Source: Tissierellia bacterium (GTDB lineage Bacteria > Bacillota > Clostridia > Tissierellales > Peptoniphilaceae). From it: 64,000 nucleotides of DNA. This document shows positions 1 to 8,300 of this stretch, piece by piece. The DNA lies in contig JAAYEL010000020.1 in NCBI GenBank assembly GCA_012728755.1, positions 723 to 64,722 on the forward strand, given 5' to 3'. The position numbers and the translations under genes were made by a program. The first letter of the stretch is position 1. Each line of letters begins with the position of its first letter. The notes beneath the pieces were generated by a model. It did no database searches, was not told the origin of the DNA, and saw nothing but the letters and a program-made list of their open reading frames with translations.

Positions 1-158
1 CCAAGTAGGGTAATAGCTACCTTTGATGATGTTAAACCTGTCAGTTGAAATACATGTACTCCAAGTGCAAAAGCAGTCATACCGCTTCCAATCGCAGCGA
101 TTAAGCTACCAAACCAGAAGAGTATAAATTTTTTATATAATTCTTTTTCTTTAGACAT
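1..158 (-). CDS. MFS-type transporter, N-terminal fragment (gene runs off the window start)
   Basis: Reverse-strand ATG at 156-158 preceded by AGGAAA. Translation MSKEKELYKKFILFWFGSLIAAIGSGMTAFALGVHVFQLTGLTSSKVAITLL looks like TM1-TM2 of a DHA3/EntS-like MFS permease. Open-ended, so absent from the ORF track. Confidence 0.5.
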   Translation of the reverse strand, partial: MSKEKELYKKFILFWFGSLIAAIGSGMTAFALGVHVFQLTGLTSSKVAITLL

Positions 159-175
159 ATAGTTTCCTTTTCATT

Positions 176-1105
176 TTATCCATAAATCTTCACAAATTTA
201 TCTAAGGCATTGTTAATGCTCTTTAATGTTATGACTACTTTACGGACTTCATAATTATATACAATCGAAAATTGAGTTACTAAATCAGTATCTTCCATTT
301 CACTTTCGGGAAGAATCTTTTCATTGTAATAATTGTTTACAAAATCAACGCTCTTTTTAGTTAAATTATTAGAATTATCCATATGGTTGATATCTATTAG
401 TATGCTTATAGCCATCCTGAATTTGTTGTTTAACTCTTCAATATTGATAATATCTATATGTTCATTCATTTTGTATTTTGTGTCATTTCTTAAGTTTCTG
501 TAGTTTGTATTTAGCAGATACAGCCCTTCTATTAATTGGCTTTGATTAATCTTTCTTCCATTTACGATATCAATTAGAGACGTCTCTATTTGGGGAACCA
601 AAGCTAGATATGATTCGATTAAGAATTTTTCTTGTTTTGGTCTAAATAATACGATATTTACGACCAATGCTATGATTGAGCCGACCATAGTATCTATAAG
701 TCTGTAGACTGCATACATCACTAAATCTCTATCTGTCTCAAATTCGTAAGTAAGTACTGATATAAATATTAGAGTAGCTAGTACCAATGCTTTTTGAATA
801 CCTAAAAGATTGCAGGCGATGATAATAATTAGCACTCCAAGTCCTGCTGAAAATGGATTTGCAAAATTCAACAGCTGAAATGCTATCGCAAGCACTACTC
901 CTATTAGCGTTGAAAGTGTCCTAAACAAAGATGCTGCAAAAGACTCATGTATATTTGTTGCCATAGCAGTGATAACGGCAGTAGCAACTATCGAAGGGCT
1001 TTTTAATTGCAGTAAATCAACAGCAATAAGTGCGATGATAACAGCAGCGGCTGTCTTTATCGATCTCATCCCTATTATTCTATTGTAAAATTTTCTCTCC
1101 TTCAT
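176..1105 (-). CDS. ArAE/FUSC-family (UPF0421, YgaE-like) membrane protein, putative aromatic acid exporter
   Basis: 309-aa ORF. The N-terminal half is 4-5 hydrophobic helices starting GMRSIKTAAAVIIALIAV; the C-terminal half is a soluble helical domain. AAGGAG lies 5 nt before the ATG. Confidence 0.65.
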   Translation of the reverse strand: MKERKFYNRIIGMRSIKTAAAVIIALIAVDLLQLKSPSIVATAVITAMATNIHESFAASLFRTLSTLIGVVLAIAFQLLNFANPFSAGLGVLIIIIACNLLGIQKALVLATLIFISVLTYEFETDRDLVMYAVYRLIDTMVGSIIALVVNIVLFRPKQEKFLIESYLALVPQIETSLIDIVNGRKINQSQLIEGLYLLNTNYRNLRNDTKYKMNEHIDIINIEELNNKFRMAISILIDINHMDNSNNLTKKSVDFVNNYYNEKILPESEMEDTDLVTQFSIVYNYEVRKVVITLKSINNALDKFVKIYG

Positions 1106-1178
1106 AATTGCTCCTTATTAAAAAAATGAAACTTTGTTTACGTATACCCTATATAATAACAAAGAAAAGCAAAATAGT

Positions 1179-1212
1179 AAAAAGGACCTATTGAGAAAAT
1201 CTCAATAAGTCC
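1179..1212 (-). terminator. intrinsic terminator inside the leader of the exporter gene
   Basis: Minus-strand stem GGACTTATTGAG / CTCAATAGGTCC (12 bp, one mismatch) with a 5-nt loop, followed by UUUUU. Confidence 0.75.
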
Positions 1213-1436
1213 TTAATCGATCGATTGTCATCTGCGCTACATAGCTTACTTATGGGTGAGAGACCATAAAGATAGCATGTAAACTATCGCGCATACTATT
1301 TGACAGCTCATAAATAGTATAAGGTACTCAAGATTCGATGACCTATCTTGAGTTTATAGAGTTCTTGTAACTGGATAATGTTAAGGTGAGATATAGCTAG
1401 TATCTCAAGGCTCTATAAAAACCATGCATCATTTTC
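1213..1436 (-). promoter_or_regulatory. unclassified structured 5' leader RNA (candidate riboswitch or attenuator)
   Basis: Consecutive hairpins (plus-strand coordinates): 1326-1334/1345-1353, 1388-1393/1401-1406, 1355-1361/1411-1417, 1293-1301/1312-1320, 1250-1255/1264-1269, 1271-1275/1284-1288 and 1233-1237/1289-1293. It sits between a promoter and a terminator, upstream of the CDS at 1105. Confidence 0.4.
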
Positions 1437-1442
1437 CTTAGA

Positions 1443-1470
1443 ACTATAGTACCATTTTTTAAACCGTCAA
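1443..1470 (-). promoter_or_regulatory. sigma-A-type promoter for the leader and exporter gene
   Basis: Minus strand TTGACG - 16 nt - TATAGT, immediately after the stop of the upstream gene. Confidence 0.5.
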
Positions 1471-1494
1471 TATTATCATTTTTGTTAAATATAT

Positions 1495-2862
1495 TTAATT
1501 ATTTAAGATTCTTGATACTTCAACTCCTGATGCAGAAGCTTGTGATAGTGAGTGAGTAAGCCCAGAACCATCTCCAACAGCATAAAGGCCTTTAACTTCA
1601 GTCTCAAAATTCTCATCAATAAGAACTTTCGAGTTATAGAATTTAACTTCAACTCCATATAAAAGCGTATCTTCATTAGCAGTACCAGGAGCGATCTTAT
1701 CTAATTGATAAATCATCTCAATGATAGTATCTAATTGTCTTTTTGGGATGACTAAACTCAAGTCTCCAGGCGTAGCATTAAGAGTAGGAGTAGTAAAGCA
1801 TTTTAACATCCTTCTATCACTTGATCTTCTTCCTTTAACTAAATCGCCAAACCTTTGTAGTATCACGCCACCACCAAGCATATTTGATAATCTAGCAATT
1901 GATTCACCATATTCGTTTGAATCCTTAAAAGGTTCTGTAAATGTATTAGAAACAAGAAGTGCAAAATTCGTATTTTTAGATAATTTGCTCTCATCTGAAT
2001 AAGCATGTCCATTAACCGTGATAACTCCATTGGTATTTTCTGTAACTACCACTCCATATGGATTCATACAAAAAGTCCTTACCATGTCATTATATTTATC
2101 AGTCTTATAGATAATCTTGCTTTCGTAAACTTCATCTGTGATATGTTTGAAGATTTCTGCAGGAAGCTCTACTCTAACGCCGATATCAACCCTATTTGAC
2201 AATGTCTTCATGCCAAACTTATCAAAAATCTTGCTCATCCATTTTGAACCACTTCTACCACTTGAAAGAACCAATTTCTCACAAGTAAAATACCCTTTAT
2301 CCGTCTTTACTAAAAAACCCTCTTCAGTTTTTTCTACATCTAAAGCGTTATGATTAAATTTGAAATCAACAGTGTCTTTGGTATAGTCATAGATTTTTTT
2401 AAGAATCTCAACATTTCGATCTGTACCAAAATGTCTAACTTTAGCGTTTAGTAAATGAAGATTATTCTTTAGGCATAGAGTTTTTAAATCGGTTGAAGCT
2501 GTCTCATAAAGTTTAGATTTTTGAGTATCAAAACTTACCAAAACACTATCGACATATTCCATTAACTCAATTGCCTTTTTCTCTCCTAATACTGTATGTA
2601 AATCTCCACCAAACTCAGTCGTTATGTTATACTTTCCATCCGATAAAGTTCCAGCACCACCAAAGCCTTCCATGATATTGCATGGATTACATTTGATACA
2701 GTTTTGAACCTTGCCTTCGGATATAGGGCATTTTCTTCTTTCTATTGGATTTCCGCCATCTAAAATTAAAACTTTCTTTTTTGTGTTATTTTTTGTAAAT
2801 TCATAAGCTGCAAAAACTCCCGCTGCTCCAGCACCTACAAAAATTATGTCATAATTGTTCAT
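1495..2862 (-). CDS. NAD(P)/FAD-dependent oxidoreductase (COG2509-like, uncharacterised FAD dehydrogenase)
   Basis: 455 aa. N-terminal dinucleotide-binding fold IIFVGAGAAGVFAA, C-terminal GDGSG motif, GGAGG RBS. Confidence 0.7.
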   Translation of the reverse strand: MNNYDIIFVGAGAAGVFAAYEFTKNNTKKKVLILDGGNPIERRKCPISEGKVQNCIKCNPCNIMEGFGGAGTLSDGKYNITTEFGGDLHTVLGEKKAIELMEYVDSVLVSFDTQKSKLYETASTDLKTLCLKNNLHLLNAKVRHFGTDRNVEILKKIYDYTKDTVDFKFNHNALDVEKTEEGFLVKTDKGYFTCEKLVLSSGRSGSKWMSKIFDKFGMKTLSNRVDIGVRVELPAEIFKHITDEVYESKIIYKTDKYNDMVRTFCMNPYGVVVTENTNGVITVNGHAYSDESKLSKNTNFALLVSNTFTEPFKDSNEYGESIARLSNMLGGGVILQRFGDLVKGRRSSDRRMLKCFTTPTLNATPGDLSLVIPKRQLDTIIEMIYQLDKIAPGTANEDTLLYGVEVKFYNSKVLIDENFETEVKGLYAVGDGSGLTHSLSQASASGVEVSRILNN

Positions 2863-3022
2863 ATCATACCTCCGTACGAGGATAAGTTTATCATATTTGA
2901 GGTAAAATGTTATTTTATTTTATCTTTTTAAAATTTATATGAAGGCAAACTAAGGTCGTAATTATTGAATATGTGCATTTTCTGTGATAAAATAAAGAAA
3001 ATTTATTCTAGGAGGAAATTAA

Positions 3023-4372
3023 ATGGACGTACCGCAGCAAGCTTCTGAAGTAGGACTCGGGAGCGACGGTTTAGTTGTACAATTATTACTAATACTGATA
3101 TTAACACTTATTAATGCATTTTTTGCAGCATCGGAAATGGCGCTTGTATCAGTGAATCAAAACAGATTAAAAAGGGATGCAGAGGATGGGGATAAAAAGG
3201 CCATAAAGATATTAGATATCTTAGCGGATCAATCAAACTTTTTATCAACAATTCAAGTAGCCATCACTTTGGCTGGGTTCTTTAACTCTGCCGCTGCAGC
3301 AGTTGGGATATCACAAAGATTAGGAGTTTACTTTAATAATCTTGGTGTACCATATGCATTCACTGTATCTACGGTAGTTATCACGCTTATACTTTCATAT
3401 ATTACGATTGTATTTGGTGAGCTTGTACCTAAGAGAATCGCCTTAATAAAGAGCGAAGAATTTGCTAGATTTTCTGTTGGAGTTATAAAAGCAGCAGCAT
3501 TTCTATTCAAACCATTCGTAAAGTTGCTTTCTTTTTCAACAAATCTAATTTTGAGACTTTTCGGAATCTCAACAGATGATGTCGAAGGAAAGATTACTAT
3601 CAATGATATTAAATCCCTTGTTCAATTAGGACAAACTCAGGGAGTTATCGATGAAGTAGAAAGTGATATGATCAATTCAGTTATCGGATTTGACGATACA
3701 TATGCTGAAGAAATCATGACGGCAAGACCGGAAGTGTTTATGATAGATATTAATGAACCTTTTGAGGAATATCTTGATGAGATGCTTAACTTAAAGTATT
3801 CAAGGATTCCAGTTTATGAGGATGAAGTAGACAATATCATAGGTATTCTTTACTTGAAAGACTATCTATTAGCTAGCTACAATAGTGGATTTGAAAATGT
3901 GGATATAAGGAGCATTCTTAAACCAGTATACTTTGTACCTGAGCGTAAAAATGTCAATGACTTATTCTCAGAACTTCAAACAAATAATAGGCATATGGCA
4001 TTATTGATTGACGAATATGGTGGATTTTCAGGTATAGTTACCATGGAAGATCTAATCGAAGAAATCGTAGGGGAAATCGATGATGAATATGACCATGACG
4101 AACCAGAGATTAACCAGATAACAGATGATATTTGGATGGCGAAAGGAAGTTCATCAATAAAAGAAATAAACTTTAGGCTGGACTTAAAACTAGACGAAAA
4201 GACTGAAGACTACGATACTTTAGGAGGATTATTAATCTTTTTATTAGGACATGTTCCAGAAGATGGGGAACAAATCACTGTAGAGTATCAAAACTTAATT
4301 TTCGAGATACTAGAAGTAGCAGAAAGAAGAATACAAGAAGTAAAAATTACTGTTCTTGAAGAAGAGGAGTAA
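3023..4372 (+). CDS. hemolysin-family / CNNM-type protein (DUF21 membrane domain + CBS pair + CorC_HlyC)
   Basis: 449 aa. Four N-terminal TM helices with AASEMALVS, a central CBS pair, and a C-terminal transporter-associated domain. GGAGG RBS. Confidence 0.8.
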   Translation: MDVPQQASEVGLGSDGLVVQLLLILILTLINAFFAASEMALVSVNQNRLKRDAEDGDKKAIKILDILADQSNFLSTIQVAITLAGFFNSAAAAVGISQRLGVYFNNLGVPYAFTVSTVVITLILSYITIVFGELVPKRIALIKSEEFARFSVGVIKAAAFLFKPFVKLLSFSTNLILRLFGISTDDVEGKITINDIKSLVQLGQTQGVIDEVESDMINSVIGFDDTYAEEIMTARPEVFMIDINEPFEEYLDEMLNLKYSRIPVYEDEVDNIIGILYLKDYLLASYNSGFENVDIRSILKPVYFVPERKNVNDLFSELQTNNRHMALLIDEYGGFSGIVTMEDLIEEIVGEIDDEYDHDEPEINQITDDIWMAKGSSSIKEINFRLDLKLDEKTEDYDTLGGLLIFLLGHVPEDGEQITVEYQNLIFEILEVAERRIQEVKITVLEEEE

Positions 4373-4387
4373 AATTTCGTTGGAAAC

Positions 4388-4412
4388 AAAGGGGCTTAGA
4401 GCCCCTTTTTTG
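4388..4412 (+). terminator. intrinsic terminator
   Basis: GGGGC-TTAGA-GCCCC followed by TTTTTTT. Confidence 0.75.
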
Positions 4413-4505
4413 ATGGGAAATATAATTAGGTCGTGAGGCATTTTACAGGGTTGATAATTAGAGATATATAATATATGATAAAAGAAAAGAATAGGAGGAT
4501 TACGA

Positions 4506-4841
4506 ATGAGTAAAGTAGTATTTTTTGCATTTAGAAATCACGCTATGTGTTTTCAACATTTATTATTGAACGCTTTTGATATCATTGAAAAGGGTGGAGA
4601 AGCAAAGATAGTTTTTGAAGGGGAAGCGGTTAAGTTACCAGTAGAATTAGAAAGCAAAAACCCAATGTATAAAAAAGCGGTTGAACAAGGCGTTATCGCA
4701 GGTGTTTGCGAAGCATGCTCAAAAGCAATGGGAGTATATGAACAAAATAAGGAACTTGGAGTTACATTCCTATCAAGCCTAAGCGGACATCCAGCGATGG
4801 AAGATTATCTAGCAGAAGGTTATCAAGTAATAACTTTATAG
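4506..4841 (+). CDS. small DsrE/DsrF-like alpha/beta protein (putative)
   Basis: 111 aa, no TM segment. Layout resembles DsrE-family proteins with a conserved Cys pair (CEACSKA). GGAGG RBS. Confidence 0.4.
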   Translation: MSKVVFFAFRNHAMCFQHLLLNAFDIIEKGGEAKIVFEGEAVKLPVELESKNPMYKKAVEQGVIAGVCEACSKAMGVYEQNKELGVTFLSSLSGHPAMEDYLAEGYQVITL

Positions 4842-4856
4842 GATACATAGAAACAA

Positions 4857-4894
4857 TAAAAAAAGGGGCTGAACTTTGCAACAGCCCCTTTTTT
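4857..4894. terminator. bidirectional intrinsic terminator (copy 1 of a duplicated hairpin)
   Basis: A-run, GGGGCTG-AACTTTGCAA-CAGCCCC, T-run. Confidence 0.8.
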
Positions 4895-4896
4895 GT

Positions 4897-5330
4897 ATAT
4901 GAAAGAGGCTTACTTCGAAAGCTTCTATATTAATAGCACAGGGAAGTGACCTCGGTCGCTATTTTTCTTTTAAAAGTGTGGGGATGACATGCTAGTTTGC
5001 TATAAACTCTGAAACTAGCACGTAGAAAACTATCTGTAACAACGTGCTAGTTTAGACGAAAACCCGAAACTAGCACGTTGAAAATGGCATATAACAACAT
5101 GCTAGTTTAACCAAAACCCCGAAACTAGCACGTAAAAGTGTCTAATAACCTACATGCTAGTTAAACCAAAACCTCAAAACTAGCACGTAAAAGTGTCTAA
5201 TAACCTACATGCTAGTTTCCCAAAATCCCAAAACTAGCACGTAACCCCGTCCTAGAATGTGAGTTTTCGCTCGCGAAAACTTCCTCTTTTATCTTTGAAA
5301 GCGACCAAGGTCGATCACATTTCATAAAAC
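4897..5330. repeat. modular palindromic intergenic element (flank palindromes + 5-unit hairpin array + flank palindromes)
   Basis: Flank palindromes at 4904-4926, 4945-4960, 5263-5280 and 5300-5313. The same palindrome types bracket the arrays at 13.4-14.5 kb and 54.7-55.1 kb. Confidence 0.85.
4987..5243. repeat. tandem hairpin array, 5 units of 55 bp (stem family ACGTGCTAGTTT)
   Basis: Unit is AC(A/G)TGCTAGTTT - 13 nt C/A-rich loop - AAACTAGCACGT. Left arms start at 4987, 5042, 5097, 5152 and 5207. Confidence 0.95.
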
Positions 5331-5363
5331 AAAAAAGGGGCTGGATTTTGCAACAGCCCCTTT
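5331..5363 (-). terminator. intrinsic terminator of the permease gene (copy 2 of the duplicated hairpin)
   Basis: GGGGCTG-GATTTTGCAA-CAGCCCC with an A-run on the plus strand (U-run on the minus strand). Near-identical to 4857-4894. Confidence 0.8.
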
Positions 5364-5374
5364 CTATACTTATT

Positions 5375-8300
5375 CTAGTCTACAGCCTTTAAGGCTTCAA
5401 CCATATTTATTCTGTTCATCTCGCGTCTAGCAGCAAGCATTACTAGTAAAGTAAATGCTGTAACTATAAGCATTGCATATAGATAGCTTATAGGGTTCAT
5501 AAATGGGTTAAATAGAAATGCTCCAGGTGATAACGAATATACGATTATCAAATGCATTATCCTAGCTAGTCCCATACCTACTAACATACCTATAAAGGTA
5601 AGAATATAGTTTTCCTTAAAGATATACGATGCTACTTCGTGCGGTCTAAAACCTAATACTTTTATCGTTGATATCTCTCTAATTCTTTCTGAAATATTTA
5701 TATTAGTTAAATTATATAGTACTACGAAAGTTAATAAAGCTGAGATTCCTATGATTAAAACAATTATCACATTAAGGGATTCACTCAAGCTTGTTAGAGT
5801 CTCTTCCATATCCAATACCGGCATGAAATTAATGTTAGCATCATAGTCATTTAGTTTCTTTTCAAAATCATTCATGCTACTTTCATCTGAATTATTTAGC
5901 TTTATTAATAGAGTATTTTGATCTTGCTTATCATCAACACTTTTTAGATACGTTTTTTCACTCATATAGATTTGGTGGTTAAAGTATTGTTCAGTGATAG
6001 CCATTATCTCAAATTCTCTTTGAATACCATTAGAATCCTTAAATCTAAATCTATCGCCAACACCCTTACCAACAGCTTTTGAAAGCTTTTCGCTTATGAT
6101 AACATATCCATCTTTTAAGATGTAGTTTTCGCTTGAAGTCCTATCTTTTAGAGAGATGAAATTATTGATATCACTTATCTTATCAGTGGCCACAACATTA
6201 ATATCTTCATTAAATCCAGAAGGTGTTTTCGCGCTACCTGTCTGATATATGATGCTTAAATATCCATTTGAATCTTTATCAAGGAATTTAATCATATCTT
6301 CATAGTCATCAGCATTTTTATCGTATACTAACTGAGCTTGATATTTGTATACATCTCCAAACTGCTTATCAGCTACTGTATCGATAGAGTATTGTAGCCC
6401 AAAAGCCATCGCAATTAACGCAAAACTTCCTGATACTCCAGCTATGGTCATTAACATCCTAATCTTATGTCTCATAACATTTCTAAATGAGACTTTATTT
6501 AAGAATGAAAGTTTGTTCCAAAGTAGTGGGATCTTCTCAAGTAAAGTTCTCTTAGCTTCTTTTGGAGGCTTTGGTCTCATAAGGCTTGCAGCATTTTCCC
6601 TAAGATTATTCATAATTGAGAAAATTATTGTAGATGATATTAGTACTATAGTTACTACAAATATCAATAAAGCCTTATCATATTCAAAGATCATTGGATT
6701 ATCACTTAAGTTAGTAGATGTTACATAAGCGGAGATAACTGGAGGCATAAATAGGTAATAACCTATTATGATACCAAGTATGGCGCCTATGATACCTGCT
6801 GAAAGGCCGTATGCAAGGTATTTGCCAAGTATAGTTCTTCTGCTATATCCTAAGGCTTTCATAGTACCGATTTGAGTTCTTTCTGTCTCAACCATTCTTA
6901 ATATAGTTGTCAATGTTACTAGTATAGCTACTAAGTAAAACATCAATGTGAAAATATATGAAAGGTTGTTTAAGCTTTTTGATTGGTCGATATAACTAAA
7001 GAATGCTGGATTATCATATTTCCCTTGAATGTTATATAAAGGTACTCTTAAATTATCTATATCTTTTTGTATATCTTCTATCTTTTTCTCACCATCGGCG
7101 ATTTCTTTAAGCGCATCCTTTTGTTCTTTATTAAAGGTTTCCAAACCATCTTGATACTCTTTAAGACCATCTTGATATTTCTTTTCACCATCCAAAAGTT
7201 CATTTCGAGCTTCGTCTAGTTTTTGTAAACCATCTTGTTCTTCAAAAGCTAATGTATCTCTAGATTCGTTTAGTGTCCTTTGACTATCGTCAAGTTCTCT
7301 TTGTCCTGATTCAATTTCTGCAAGTGCATCATCTAAAGTCTTTTGTCCAGATGCCTTTTGTTGGTTAAATTCTTCAAGTCCCTTTTGATATTCGGCTAAG
7401 CCGTTGTTTAGTTCTGTCTCACCATTATTTAGCTTAACAAGCGCATCATCCAAAACTTTTTTTGAATCATCCAATCGTTTTTGAGCAGCATCTAATTTTT
7501 TTGCCTCTTCTTCTAATAAAGTCTTATTATCAGATAGCTCTTTTTCTTTTTGGGCAATTAATTTAAGGCCTTCTTCGATTTGCGCCAAACCTGTATTTAC
7601 TTGATCAAGTCCACTTTGTATTTGAGTTTCATTTTTCTTAAGCTCATTAAGAGTCGTTAATGGTTCTATAAGTTGTTGTAATTGACTTACATTGCTATCT
7701 AGACTTTCTTTTACTCTACTAATGATAGCTAAAGCTTGATTAACTGATTCAATATTTGAGCCATCATTGGCTAAAAGTGATTCTGCTTGTTTAAGATTTT
7801 CTGTCATCGAAGCCATAGCAGAGTTTGATTCAGTAATAGCTATAAGTTGTCTAAGTGTTCCCAAAGCTGTTTGAAGACCTTGTTGATAGGCTTCTGGTTG
7901 TGCTACAGGGTCTATCGTAGTTAGATTTTGGACTAGAGCAACAGTACCTTTGGTTAACTCAATTAACTGGTTCAAAGAGATAATATCAGATTGAACTTTC
8001 TCCAATGTGTAGCCCTCAAGGATAGCAGCCTCTATTTGAGCGATTCCTTCTTGAACTTGTGCTAAGTTTTCATTTAATTCAGCCTTAGTTTTTTCAAGCT
8101 CTGATTTTTGAGTAAGTGCATTTTCCTTTTCGCTAGCAAGTTGTTTTTCGCCATCTTCAAGTAGTTTTCGATTCTTGTCAATCTCAGCCTTACCAGCTTC
8201 TAATTGCTTAACTCCATCATTGTATTTTTGCAGACCATCTTCATATTCTTTTCTAGAATTATCTAGCAAGGTCTTAGCATCATCTAATTCCTTTTTCCCT

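Noticed and set aside
4987-5243. CRISPR array (also considered for 13491-14371 and 54708-55019) because of the regular 54-55 bp periodicity
   Set aside because: The repeated arms alternate in orientation (inverted, not direct repeats). The inter-arm 'spacers' are themselves conserved between units. The repeats are only 9-12 nt long, and no cas genes or leader are present in the window.
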